Below are positions 25,885-34,776 of a stretch of 64,000 nucleotides of DNA, piece after piece (the stretch's first letter is position 1; every line of letters begins with the position of its first letter). The stretch comes from Patescibacteria group bacterium (lineage in GTDB: Bacteria; Patescibacteriota; UBA1384; XYA2-FULL-43-10; 1-14-0-10-43-13). Position numbers and translations under genes: made by a program. Under the pieces are notes generated by a model. The model was given only the letters and a program-made list of their open reading frames with translations. It was not told the origin of the DNA and ran no database searches. The DNA is taken from assembly GCA_041671645.1 (NCBI GenBank), contig JBAZBD010000001.1, forward strand, positions 265,357-329,356, given 5' to 3'.

Positions 25885-26867
25885 TGGAAGAAAAAAAGAA
25901 GAAAAGCAAAATAATTTGGTGGGTCATGGGAATCGTCCTGACACTAGCGCTTGTAGCCCTCGCGCTTGTTTTTTTCTTTTTAAGCGGCGTCAGAGCGACG
26001 AACAGTTTGAGCGAGCCGACATTGATTCTGGTAAAGAACGAGGATGGAATTAATGGGATCTCTGACAAGTTGATCTCGAAAAATGTCATCGCAAGCAAAA
26101 AATTATTTTATTACTACGCCAAATTCAATCTGGTCACGATCAAGGCTGGCTATTATGAATTTCCCTCTGGCGCTAGTATCGTCTCTGTCGTCAACCAGCT
26201 TCGAGATGGCAAGACCAAGATTGTGAAGTTGACCTTTCCGGAGGGATTTCGAGCCGAGCAAATGGCGATCAGATTGGCAGATAGCAAAGTCGTCTCTTAT
26301 GCAGATTTCTTGATCGCCGCTCGGAAATATGAAGGTAAATTGTTTCCTGATACATACTTTTTCAATCCGATTATGACTGGCGAGGAAGTGGTGAAGATGA
26401 TGCTGGATGATTATTCCGATCGAACCAAAGATTTGGTTGTGACAAATCATAATCTGATTGTCGCTTCAATCGTCGAGAAAGAATCATCGAATGACGCTGA
26501 TCGACCATTGATCGCCGGAATCTATTTAAATCGCGTCAAGGCTGGCATGAAGTTGCAGTCTGACCCGACCGTTGCCTACGGTCGCGACACAAACGCCCTG
26601 GCCAAGTTGTCTGAGTCGGCCCAGAAGGAGTACACTTTTTGGAAAGCGGCCAAGACGGTGGAATTTACGAGTGTGATTTCGCCATACAATACTTATCTAA
26701 ATAGCTTGCCCATTGGCCCGATCTGCAATCCAGGGATCAAAAGCATTGAAGCGACGTTAAACCCACAAACTAGCAACTATTATTACTTCCTCTATGGGCG
26801 GGACGGCAAGATTTACCCGGCCAAAACTCAGGCCGAGCACGAAGCCAATGTTGCTAAGTATATGTAA
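25884..26867 (+). CDS. mltG: Endolytic transglycosylase MltG
   Basis: TFPEGF, EGKLFPDTY, ASIVEKE, LQSDPT, SPYNTY, PIGPICNPG. Confidence 0.95.
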   Translation: MEEKKKKSKIIWWVMGIVLTLALVALALVFFFLSGVRATNSLSEPTLILVKNEDGINGISDKLISKNVIASKKLFYYYAKFNLVTIKAGYYEFPSGASIVSVVNQLRDGKTKIVKLTFPEGFRAEQMAIRLADSKVVSYADFLIAARKYEGKLFPDTYFFNPIMTGEEVVKMMLDDYSDRTKDLVVTNHNLIVASIVEKESSNDADRPLIAGIYLNRVKAGMKLQSDPTVAYGRDTNALAKLSESAQKEYTFWKAAKTVEFTSVISPYNTYLNSLPIGPICNPGIKSIEATLNPQTSNYYYFLYGRDGKIYPAKTQAEHEANVAKYM

Positions 26868-26942
26868 ATCAGTTTAATTGCATTTTCTCAAATAAAAAAC
26901 CGCCACGATGTAATATCGGAGCGGTGGATTTGGCGAGGGAAT

Positions 26943-27107
26943 TTAGTCGCTCTCTCCAGATTTTTCCTTGGATTTTGCATTGATCCACATTATGACCATG
27001 ATAATGATCAAGATTGGCCAACCAAATATCAATCTTCGCATGAGAAGGGACACAAAAGCTAAGCCCAAGATGTAAACGAATGCGATGATTAACAGAAAGG
27101 TTAACAT
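26943..27107 (-). CDS. Small two-TM membrane protein (54 aa), below the ORF-track cutoff
   Basis: Manual translation MLTFLLIIAFVYILGLAFVSLLMRRLIFGWPILIIIMVIMWINAKSKEKSGESD; AAGGAG RBS. Confidence 0.7.
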   Translation of the reverse strand: MLTFLLIIAFVYILGLAFVSLLMRRLIFGWPILIIIMVIMWINAKSKEKSGESD

Positions 27108-27149
27108 GGCATTTCTCCTTCGGCAGGAATTTTCACTGCCAGAATGGAT

Positions 27150-27461
27150 TTAAGCGGGTTGACCTTCCTTGGTCTCGAGTTCGAGTATGGCCTCCCAGGT
27201 CTCGCCCGAAACCGTGATCACGGAAACACCATTCTGGCATTTCATGAGAACATCTTCAGAACTTTGGCGATCGCCTGGCCACAGGAACGTAATGACACTC
27301 GCGATGGCAATGATCACGGATATGATTCCGCATAGGGCGAAAAATATCAGTGTCAACGGCCACCAGATGATGGCCAGATCTGATTCTCCATCGTCGAAGA
27401 TTAGCCCGAGGAATATGACCATTCCGCAGTAGATGCCAAGACTGATGGCTAAAGTGTACAT
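27150..27461 (-). CDS. Hypothetical membrane protein
   Basis: GGAGGT RBS before MYTLAIS; promoter TTGACA-17-TATTGT at 27530-27502. Confidence 0.7.
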   Translation of the reverse strand: MYTLAISLGIYCGMVIFLGLIFDDGESDLAIIWWPLTLIFFALCGIISVIIAIASVITFLWPGDRQSSEDVLMKCQNGVSVITVSGETWEAILELETKEGQPA

Positions 27462-27630
27462 ATGATACCTCCAAAAATATTTTCCATCCTTGGATTGGTA
27501 AACAATATAACAAATACCTCTAAATGTCAAGAAATTTCTCTCTGTTCAGCAGTGTTTCGATTGAAAGATTGGAGACATCATGATATTGACCGCAGTTACG
27601 AATTGAATTAAACTGGAGAGGCTCTGGCAG

Positions 27631-27703
27631 AAAAGGATTGCAGATTAAACAGATAACAGATGAGGCGGTATTATCGGTCATCGGTAAGATCAGCCATCCT
27701 TTT
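27631..27703. repeat. CAGAT/ATCGG short-unit imperfect inverted repeat upstream of mreB
   Basis: AAAAGGAT..CAGAT..CAGAT..CAGAT / ATCGG..ATCGG..ATCAG..ATCCTTTT. Confidence 0.6.
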
Positions 27704-27707
27704 TTGT

Positions 27708-28760
27708 ATGAGAAATCCATTTTCAAAATTATTAGGCCATTTCTCCCATGACATCGGGATTGATTTGGGCACGGCCAACACCCTGATTTATGTCCGAGGG
27801 CGTGGCGTTGTGATTCGCGAACCTTCCGTGGTAGCGATCAACAAGCACACCAAAGATATTTTGGCTGTTGGCGAAGAGGCCAAGCGGATGGTCGGCCGAA
27901 CACCATCTCATATTGTGGCGATCCGCCCGCTGGTGGACGGCGTTATTTCTGACTTTGAAATTACTGAGCAGATGCTCAAATACTTTTTTGATCGAGTTCA
28001 CAGAGAGAAATTTGCTTTCATCCCTCGTCCTCGAGTTGTGATTGGCATACCGCACAACGTTACCGAAGTAGAGCGTCGTGCTGTTGAGGAGGGCGCGATC
28101 AACGCCGGTGCGAGAGAAGTCTATCTAATCGAAGAGCCGATCGCAGCCGCCATCGGGGCCAGATTACCAATCCAGGACGCGTCTGGAAGCATGATTATTG
28201 ATATTGGTGGAGGCACGACCGAAGTGGCGATTATCTCTCTCGGTGGTGTGGTCGCTTCACGCTCACTCAGAATCGCTGGGGACGAAATGAACGAAGATAT
28301 TATTCAATATGCTAGAGACAAGTTTAATCTCCTTCTGGGCGAGCGAACGGCCGAGGATATCAAAATCAAAATCGGTAGTGCCATGGAGATGAAAGAAAAA
28401 CTTGAGGCTCCCATGCGTGGGCGGGACTTGGTAACAGGACTGCCCAAGGAAATTATCGTGAGCGACACTCAGATTCGAGAAGCGATCAAGAAATCAGTAA
28501 ATCAGATATTGGAAAGTATTCGTGCGACGATGGAAGAATCTCCGCCAGAATTACTTGCCGATATTATGGATCGCGGAATTGTTCTCTCCGGCGGCGGCGC
28601 GCTCTTGCGTGGGCTTGACCATCGAATCGCGATCGAGACTCAAACTCAGGTTATCATCGCTGACGACCCGCTGACCGGGGTGGTCCGAGGTACGGGAATG
28701 GTCCTGGAGGATATCGAGATGCTTCATGATGTCCTGTTGCCAAGAGAATTTAATCGATAG
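27708..28760 (+). CDS. mreB: Rod shape-determining protein MreB
   Basis: GIDLGTANTL, EPSVVA, IEEPIAAAIGA, DIGGGTTEVA, GGGALLRG. Confidence 0.97.
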   Translation: MRNPFSKLLGHFSHDIGIDLGTANTLIYVRGRGVVIREPSVVAINKHTKDILAVGEEAKRMVGRTPSHIVAIRPLVDGVISDFEITEQMLKYFFDRVHREKFAFIPRPRVVIGIPHNVTEVERRAVEEGAINAGAREVYLIEEPIAAAIGARLPIQDASGSMIIDIGGGTTEVAIISLGGVVASRSLRIAGDEMNEDIIQYARDKFNLLLGERTAEDIKIKIGSAMEMKEKLEAPMRGRDLVTGLPKEIIVSDTQIREAIKKSVNQILESIRATMEESPPELLADIMDRGIVLSGGGALLRGLDHRIAIETQTQVIIADDPLTGVVRGTGMVLEDIEMLHDVLLPREFNR

Positions 28761-28762
28761 AG

Positions 28763-29548
28763 ATGAACAAAAGAGCCAAACAATTGATCATGTCATTTGT
28801 CATTTTGCTCCTCTGCCTGATTGTATTCTATGGGCCGATCAAGCAGGTCTTTCGAGGTGCGTTTTCGGCTTCAACTCGATCCACTCGCGGTTTTCTGGCC
28901 CAAAGCGGCATGAACTTCCGGCACAGCTTTGACTTCATTTTCAAGATTAAGGATCTAAGAAATGAAAATGAAGAACTCTCCAATAAATTACTTCAGCTAG
29001 AAGTTGATCACAGTTATACTGCCGAGCTCGAGATTGAAAATGCAATGCTGAAAAAGGAGCTCGGTTTCCTGTCTGAAGCAGAAAAGGGAAGCCTCGTCCC
29101 AGCTCGAATTATCCAGCGCGACCCGATCGCTTTCTTGGACTATATCGTCATAGACAAAGGGGAGAAGGACGGTATCGCTCTCAGGGCGGCCGTGGTCTAC
29201 AACAATGTCCTGGTCGGACAGGTAAGCGAAGTTTTTTCGACTTCCGCCCGAGTTACTTTGATCACGAGCAAAGATTCAATGGTGCAGGCGATGCTTCAAA
29301 ATTCTCGATCAAATGGGCTTCTCAAAGGTGGCATTTCTGGTCTATATATTGATAATATTGTCTTGGATACCGAATATGTGGCAGGGGAGAATATTATAAC
29401 ATCCGGGCTCGGCGGGACGATGAAACAGGGGATTTTGATCGGGACGGCCGGCAAAGTCGAATCATATTCGTCGGGAATTTTCAAAAGCATCGAAGTCCAG
29501 CCATTGGTAGATTTGTCAAAATTAGAGATGGTATTTGTAGAAAAATGA
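28763..29548 (+). CDS. mreC: Rod shape-determining protein MreC
   Basis: TM, coiled coil, IDKGEKDGI, ITSGLGG; position after mreB. Confidence 0.93.
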   Translation: MNKRAKQLIMSFVILLLCLIVFYGPIKQVFRGAFSASTRSTRGFLAQSGMNFRHSFDFIFKIKDLRNENEELSNKLLQLEVDHSYTAELEIENAMLKKELGFLSEAEKGSLVPARIIQRDPIAFLDYIVIDKGEKDGIALRAAVVYNNVLVGQVSEVFSTSARVTLITSKDSMVQAMLQNSRSNGLLKGGISGLYIDNIVLDTEYVAGENIITSGLGGTMKQGILIGTAGKVESYSSGIFKSIEVQPLVDLSKLEMVFVEK

Positions 29549-30048
29549 ATTATTTCAAAAACATCATTATCATTTTAGCATCGTTCCTGACGGTATTGTT
29601 TGACGTCGCGTTTTTCTCAAATTTCCAATTTTTCGAAGCGAATGTTCTCTCTTGTGTCGCTATCCTGTTTACGCTCGCGATTTTTGACAAGAAAGGACGC
29701 TGGCTTCTTTTGTACGCTCTCTCCACAGTATTTTTCTTTGCGATTCTGTCCTCATTGCCCTTGTGGGTGATTCTGCTTGATTTCCTCCTCTTGCCAGTAT
29801 TTCTCAACTTGATCCGCCGCCGCTTTTTCCCAGAACCAAATGTTTTCACCCTGCTGTTTTTCTCAATACCCTTCCTAGCCTTACTGGGGACAGTTATCCT
29901 GGCTAGCGCTACCGAATTCAGCTTTCCGGTACTGAAAGTCCTACTGGCCTTCGTGGTCGCCAACCAGGTGTTAGTATCGCTTGTCGCTGGATTTTATTTG
30001 TTGGTGGGAAATTTTTATCTCAAAAGAATTGGTTTTATCAAAACTTGA
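29545..30048 (+). CDS. mreD: MreD-like membrane protein
   Basis: Five hydrophobic segments; lies between mreC and mrdA. Confidence 0.7.
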   Translation: MNYFKNIIIILASFLTVLFDVAFFSNFQFFEANVLSCVAILFTLAIFDKKGRWLLLYALSTVFFFAILSSLPLWVILLDFLLLPVFLNLIRRRFFPEPNVFTLLFFSIPFLALLGTVILASATEFSFPVLKVLLAFVVANQVLVSLVAGFYLLVGNFYLKRIGFIKT

Positions 30049-30050
30049 AT

Positions 30051-31988
30051 ATGGATATTTTTGGAAATTTCTACAAACTCAAGGGCGACAAAGAAGTTAG
30101 AAAAGTTCAGTCTAAGGCTGAGCTTGATTTTTCGTATTCAGATGTCGCCTCGCTTCCGGTGGGCAAGATCGAGAGCGTGGCCAAGCCTGTTTCTCTCAAA
30201 ATATTTCAAATCGTCATAGTCTTGGCCTTTGCGCTTTTGCTCGGTCGTCTTTTCACGATCCAGGTGACCAAGGGAGAAATCAACCAAAAGTTGGCCGAGG
30301 GCAACCGAATTCGTCCTCGTATTCTCGAGGCGGCCAGGGGAATTATTTCTGATGCCAACGGTGTCTGGCTGGCTCGAAACCGTGCCTCCTTTGCCTTGGC
30401 GGTTTACCCCTCCGATCTGCCGAAGAATAAGGTGGAGCGTGAGCAGATCTATGCTCGGCTTGCCGAATTAACTGGCCTTGCCGCGGCTGAGATCAAGACT
30501 GAAGCAGAGAAAAATACTCTGGCTTCACTCGATGAAGTGATTATCAAAGATAATATTTCGCATGACGATGCGCTGATTTTGGAAGAGAAGGCCAACGGTT
30601 TGCAGGGCGTTTTTGTGGCCAAGAAGCCGACGAGGGAATATCAGAGCGTCGCGGGGATGGCTCATCTTTTGGGTTATACCGGTATCATTTCGGAGAATAA
30701 TTTGAAGGAGCATCCAGAGTATTATTCCTCAGACAAGATCGGCAAGACTGGCCTCGAGGCGACTTATGAGGATTATCTGCGGGGTGTACACGGCATAGAG
30801 CAGATGGAGGTTGATTCGAAGGGTAATGTCGTCAAGATTTTGGTCAAAGAGGAGAATCAGCAACCAGTGTCGGGTGACAATCTGGTTCTGAACCTCGACT
30901 TTGATCTACAAACGAAAGCGGCGGAGGCATTGCAAAGGGGATTGGACTCGGCCAAGGCGGCGACTCAGGTAGAAGCTCTGGGCGGAGTGGTCGCAATAAT
31001 GGACGTGAACAGCGGTGCAGTTAAATCCTTGGTTTCACTGCCTAGCTACGATAATAATATTTTTTCTACCAAGATTAGCGCAATTGATTATCAAACAATA
31101 ATCAATGACCCGAATCTGCCGATGTTTAACCGCGCCACCATGGGGGTTTACCCTCCTGGGTCAGTTTCAAAGATTATTTTGGCCTCTGCCGGGCTGGCTG
31201 AGGGCACTATCACCAAGAATACTTCGATTGTGACACCGGCGGCCATTACGATTGGCGAATATGTTTTCCCAGACTGGAAAGACCACAGTTACGAATCGAC
31301 CAACGTTGAGCGCGCAATTGCCGAGTCCAACAATGTATTTTTCTATTCACTAGGTGGCGGGTATGACAAGATCAAGGGCTTGGGTATCGACAAGATCAAG
31401 AAATATTGGCAATTGTTTGGCTTGGGTCAGCCGACTGGAATTGATCTGACCAGCGAGGCGAGTGGTCTCTTGCCTGACGCAGCTTGGAAAAAGAAGGTTC
31501 AGAATCTGCCATGGTATTTGGGTGATACTTATCATGCCTCGATCGGCCAGGGCGATCTATTAGTGACTCCCTTGCAAATGCTTCGGGCGACTGCGGCTAT
31601 AGCGAACGGGGGCAAATTAATCAGTCCGCAGATCGTGAACAGAGTGGTGGCACCCGACGGCCAAGTCGTGAAAACTTTTGAGCCTCGGGTAGAGAATCCT
31701 AGTGTGGTGCCTGCCGACGTAATCAAAACAGTCCAGGAGGGCATGCGACTGACAATTACCGACGGCTCGGCCCGTAATCTTAGCGATTTGCCCTTCTCTG
31801 TTGCCGGCAAAACTGGCACAGCCCAGTTTCTAAACAATCAGAAGACCCATGCTTGGTTTGAGGCCTACGCGCCATACGAAAATCCAGAAATCGCAATATT
31901 AGTAATGGTCGAAGGTGGAGGCGGCGGTCACGAAATCGCCGCTCCGGTAGCAAAAGAAATTTTGCAGTACTATTTTAGTAAAAAGTAA
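30051..31988 (+). CDS. mrdA: Penicillin-binding protein 2
   Basis: PGSVSK (SxxK), ESNN (SxN), KTGTAQ, IGQG. Confidence 0.95.
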   Translation: MDIFGNFYKLKGDKEVRKVQSKAELDFSYSDVASLPVGKIESVAKPVSLKIFQIVIVLAFALLLGRLFTIQVTKGEINQKLAEGNRIRPRILEAARGIISDANGVWLARNRASFALAVYPSDLPKNKVEREQIYARLAELTGLAAAEIKTEAEKNTLASLDEVIIKDNISHDDALILEEKANGLQGVFVAKKPTREYQSVAGMAHLLGYTGIISENNLKEHPEYYSSDKIGKTGLEATYEDYLRGVHGIEQMEVDSKGNVVKILVKEENQQPVSGDNLVLNLDFDLQTKAAEALQRGLDSAKAATQVEALGGVVAIMDVNSGAVKSLVSLPSYDNNIFSTKISAIDYQTIINDPNLPMFNRATMGVYPPGSVSKIILASAGLAEGTITKNTSIVTPAAITIGEYVFPDWKDHSYESTNVERAIAESNNVFFYSLGGGYDKIKGLGIDKIKKYWQLFGLGQPTGIDLTSEASGLLPDAAWKKKVQNLPWYLGDTYHASIGQGDLLVTPLQMLRATAAIANGGKLISPQIVNRVVAPDGQVVKTFEPRVENPSVVPADVIKTVQEGMRLTITDGSARNLSDLPFSVAGKTGTAQFLNNQKTHAWFEAYAPYENPEIAILVMVEGGGGGHEIAAPVAKEILQYYFSKK

Positions 31989-31989
31989 G

Positions 31990-32018
31990 TTGATTTTCCG
32001 TGCTCGATATTGTAAGTT
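31990..32018 (+). promoter_or_regulatory. sigma70 promoter for the purH-like gene
   Basis: TTGATT-17 nt-TAAGTT. Confidence 0.45.
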
Positions 32019-32059
32019 CTCTCTAGGGAACCAAATTTTTGGCTTGAAAGGAGCAAATT

Positions 32060-32641
32060 ATGGCTAAGCTTGCGTTACTGTCCGTCTACAATAAGGACGG
32101 CATTGTCGAGTTTGCTAAGTCGTTAATCGAACTTGGCTTTTCAATCATCTCTTCTGGCGGCACTGCCAAGTGTCTGCAGGAGAATGGTGTTGAGACTTCT
32201 CTTGTCGCTGACTTAGTCGGCGGCGGTCCGATCCTCGGTCACCGTGTTGTCACTCTTTCGCGGGAAATACACGCAGCGCTTCTGGCTACCGAGAAAGATA
32301 GCGAAGAGCTGGCGGAGCTGGGCATTCCTCGGATCGATCTGGTCTGCGTCGATCTTTACCCACTACAGGATGAGATTGACAGACCTGGTGCCACTCTGGA
32401 ATCGATCATCGAGATGACTGATATCGGCGGTCCGTGCATGCTGCGCTCAGCTGCCAAGGGCAATCGCATCGTCATCTCCGACTTTGCTCAGCGAGTGAAG
32501 GTTCTCAAATGGCTTAAAGATGGTGAACCAAATCCTGAATTCATCCGGAACAGCCTTGCAATCAGGGCCGAGGAAATCGTTGCTTATTATTGCTTGGTTT
32601 CCGCAAAGGCCAGACGCGATCATGCACCCGATTTTGATTAA
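32060..32641 (+). CDS. Stand-alone IMP cyclohydrolase (N-terminal PurH/MGS-like) domain
   Basis: ALLSVYNKDGI, SSGGTAK, HRVVTL, IDLVCVDLYP, DIGGPCMLRSAAK; stops at 193 aa. Confidence 0.88.
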   Translation: MAKLALLSVYNKDGIVEFAKSLIELGFSIISSGGTAKCLQENGVETSLVADLVGGGPILGHRVVTLSREIHAALLATEKDSEELAELGIPRIDLVCVDLYPLQDEIDRPGATLESIIEMTDIGGPCMLRSAAKGNRIVISDFAQRVKVLKWLKDGEPNPEFIRNSLAIRAEEIVAYYCLVSAKARRDHAPDFD

Positions 32642-32652
32642 GCTAAACTCTG

Positions 32653-32688
32653 AGGCTAGTTAAGTATATCTTGCTAGCCTATTTTATT
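32653..32688 (+). terminator. Intrinsic terminator
   Basis: AGGCTAG...CTAGCCT then ATTTTATTT. Confidence 0.6.
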
Positions 32689-32747
32689 TGGCAAAAATAA
32701 AAATCCCCCGCCAGCTAATGCTGTGGGGGTGGGAGTGGAGGAAGAAA

Positions 32748-33899
32748 TTATCCTGCAACCCAGCCGTTGAGGCCGTGTTCCTGTTGAGCGGAGTGGGAGC
32801 AGATGTAGAAATCTGCATATTCCCAGAGTTTTTCAATCCGCTGGCATCCTTGCGCGTACATTCCTTCAACGATTGCGGCTTGCATTTCTGCAATTTTGTC
32901 GCTGATAGGACCACAGGCGGGAACCCAGATCTCTCCGCCGGCCGGCAGACGGGTATTTTTCAACCCGTGATATTCGCGCTGCTTGAGCTTGAGCGAGTGC
33001 TCGATTTCTTTCGGCGAGCCCATGCCACTATAGAGGCAGAACTCCTTACTTTTCCATTTTCCGAAATATCGATGGTACCGTTCGGGGACATCTTCTTTGC
33101 GAAATCGTTTGCGTGGAGCGGGCGATTCGTCGCATCCCGCGAACTGATTCCCCATCATTACTGCACTGGCGCCGAGGGCCAGAGCGATAACGATCTGTCC
33201 GTTTGTCTCGATCCCTCCGTCTGCAATAAGTTGCACTGACCGATTACTAACGGCCAAGGCTCGAGCAACCTCGCGAATGGCGGTTGCTTGGGGCACGCCG
33301 TTTCCGGTCTGTGTCCGATATATACAAATATGGCCGGGACCAATCCCAACACGCAATGTGCTGGCGCCTGCGTCTATTAGGTAAGAGGCGGCGTCGTAAG
33401 TGGCAATATTCCCACCCATCGTTACAATATGAGGGAATTCTTGTTTCAGGGCACTAACCACTTTGCAGACTTGAGCAAGCGAGTCGCCGTACCAGTCTGC
33501 GTCTGCGTCGGCCGTGTCGCCGAGGATCAAGTCGGCGCCTGCTTTTACGGCTCTTTCGACCAGCCGCATCAGTTTGAGAAACTCTGTTCCGTCTCGATAG
33601 CTCAAGTCTAGAGCCACCCCAACAGGGACTTCGTGTTGTTTGGCCCGAAAGATTGTCTCAATCAGGTCATCGGGAAGATATGAACGGGGCAAAATACCAA
33701 GTGCGCCAGCTCTACCGGCCGCAATTGTAGTTTCAAGCCCTGTTACGGATCGCATCGGTGAAGTGATGATTGGAACTCGGAGTTGCAATTTTCTGTCCAA
33801 ATTAATTGATGTATCAACTTGGGCAGGGAATATTGAGCTGTGCCGTGGTTTCAATATCAAATCGCCGTAAGAATATCCTGGGTCAAATTTTGTTGGCAT
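32748..33899 (-). CDS. Divergent IMP dehydrogenase/GMP reductase-family protein without CBS domains
   Basis: SPMRSVT, GGNIAT, VGIGPGHIC, GVPQATA, IADGGI, GASAVMMG, GMGS. Confidence 0.85.
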   Translation of the reverse strand: MPTKFDPGYSYGDLILKPRHSSIFPAQVDTSINLDRKLQLRVPIITSPMRSVTGLETTIAAGRAGALGILPRSYLPDDLIETIFRAKQHEVPVGVALDLSYRDGTEFLKLMRLVERAVKAGADLILGDTADADADWYGDSLAQVCKVVSALKQEFPHIVTMGGNIATYDAASYLIDAGASTLRVGIGPGHICIYRTQTGNGVPQATAIREVARALAVSNRSVQLIADGGIETNGQIVIALALGASAVMMGNQFAGCDESPAPRKRFRKEDVPERYHRYFGKWKSKEFCLYSGMGSPKEIEHSLKLKQREYHGLKNTRLPAGGEIWVPACGPISDKIAEMQAAIVEGMYAQGCQRIEKLWEYADFYICSHSAQQEHGLNGWVAG

Positions 33900-34120
33900 T
33901 GTGCCATACCTCCTCTCGCAGTCTCGCGGATATTAGAAGGATAATAGCACAATTAAGCGTTATTGCAACTTTTGATTGATTGGGAGAGATGCTCTGACCT
34001 GGCATTTTCTCTCTCAAACTATTGACAAAAGTGATCTAGTTTGAGAAACTGGTGGCGAATTTATAAGGGGTTCTGCCGCACGATTAGTCGTGTGACAATT
34101 TTTTTAGAAAGGGTCCGAAA

Positions 34121-34573
34121 ATGAGCAATTACGTCACAAAAGAAGGTCTGGAAAAACTGAAAATCCAGCTCGAGGAAACTAGGAACAAATTAAAAGAAAC
34201 CAGTATCAAGATCAAAGAAGCTCGCGAACTTGGTGATCTTTCAGAAAACGCTGAATATCACGAAGCCAAGAACGAGCAGTCTTTTTTGATGGGCAAAGAA
34301 GCCGAACTTGATCAAAAAATAAAGAATGCACAGGTAATCGAAAAATCAGGCAAGACTGATGTTATCATGGTTGGCTCGACTGTGAAGATTGACGATGATG
34401 GTGAAATCATGGAGTACGCACTTGTCGGATCTGACGAAGCTGACCCGATGAAGGGTATGATCTCAGTCGATTCTCCAATCGGCGCATCATTGATCGGTCA
34501 CAAGAAGGGCGACAGCATCGAAGTGAAAACTCCAGGCGGAAGCTCAATGTGCAAGATCATTAGCGTCAGCTAA
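34121..34573 (+). CDS. greA: Transcription elongation factor GreA
   Basis: ARELGDLSENAEYHEAK, ISVDSPIGASL. Confidence 0.97.
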   Translation: MSNYVTKEGLEKLKIQLEETRNKLKETSIKIKEARELGDLSENAEYHEAKNEQSFLMGKEAELDQKIKNAQVIEKSGKTDVIMVGSTVKIDDDGEIMEYALVGSDEADPMKGMISVDSPIGASLIGHKKGDSIEVKTPGGSSMCKIISVS

Positions 34574-34579
34574 AGCTTC

Positions 34580-34641
34580 GCCATAAGGGATTACCCCGAA
34601 GGGGACCCTTCGGGTCGGATTGAACAAATTACGAATACTAT
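34580..34641 (+). repeat. 62-nt repeated element, copy B (between greA and lysS)
   Basis: Homologous to 17010-17071; core CCCGAAGGG-ga-CCCTTCGGG. Confidence 0.85.
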
Positions 34642-34644
34642 ACG

Positions 34645-34675
34645 AAAACAGCGGCTCTTGGGCCGTTGTTTTTTG
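34645..34675 (+). terminator. Terminator/attenuator directly after element B
   Basis: AAAACAGCGGC-tcttgg-GCCGTTGTTTT plus T tract. Confidence 0.75.
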
Positions 34676-34724
34676 TCGCGAGCTCTTTGCTTCATTTCCA
34701 TTTTCATTTATGCTATAAATTAAA

Positions 34725-34767
34725 TAAGTCCGTAAAGTCCATAAAGTTCGTAAAGTCATAAAGTTCA
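34725..34767 (+). repeat. 9-nt AAAGTYCRT tandem array upstream of lysS
   Basis: AAGTCCGTA AAGTCCATA AAGTTCGTA AAGTCATA AAGTTCA. Confidence 0.85.
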
Positions 34768-34776
34768 AGGAATAAA

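Noticed and set aside
32933-32950. Near-palindrome TCCGCCGGCCGGCAGA in the guaB-like gene (LPAGG), similar to the 16-bp element
   Set aside because: It aligns without a gap to the canonical VPEG(V/I)E motif, so it is not an insertion.
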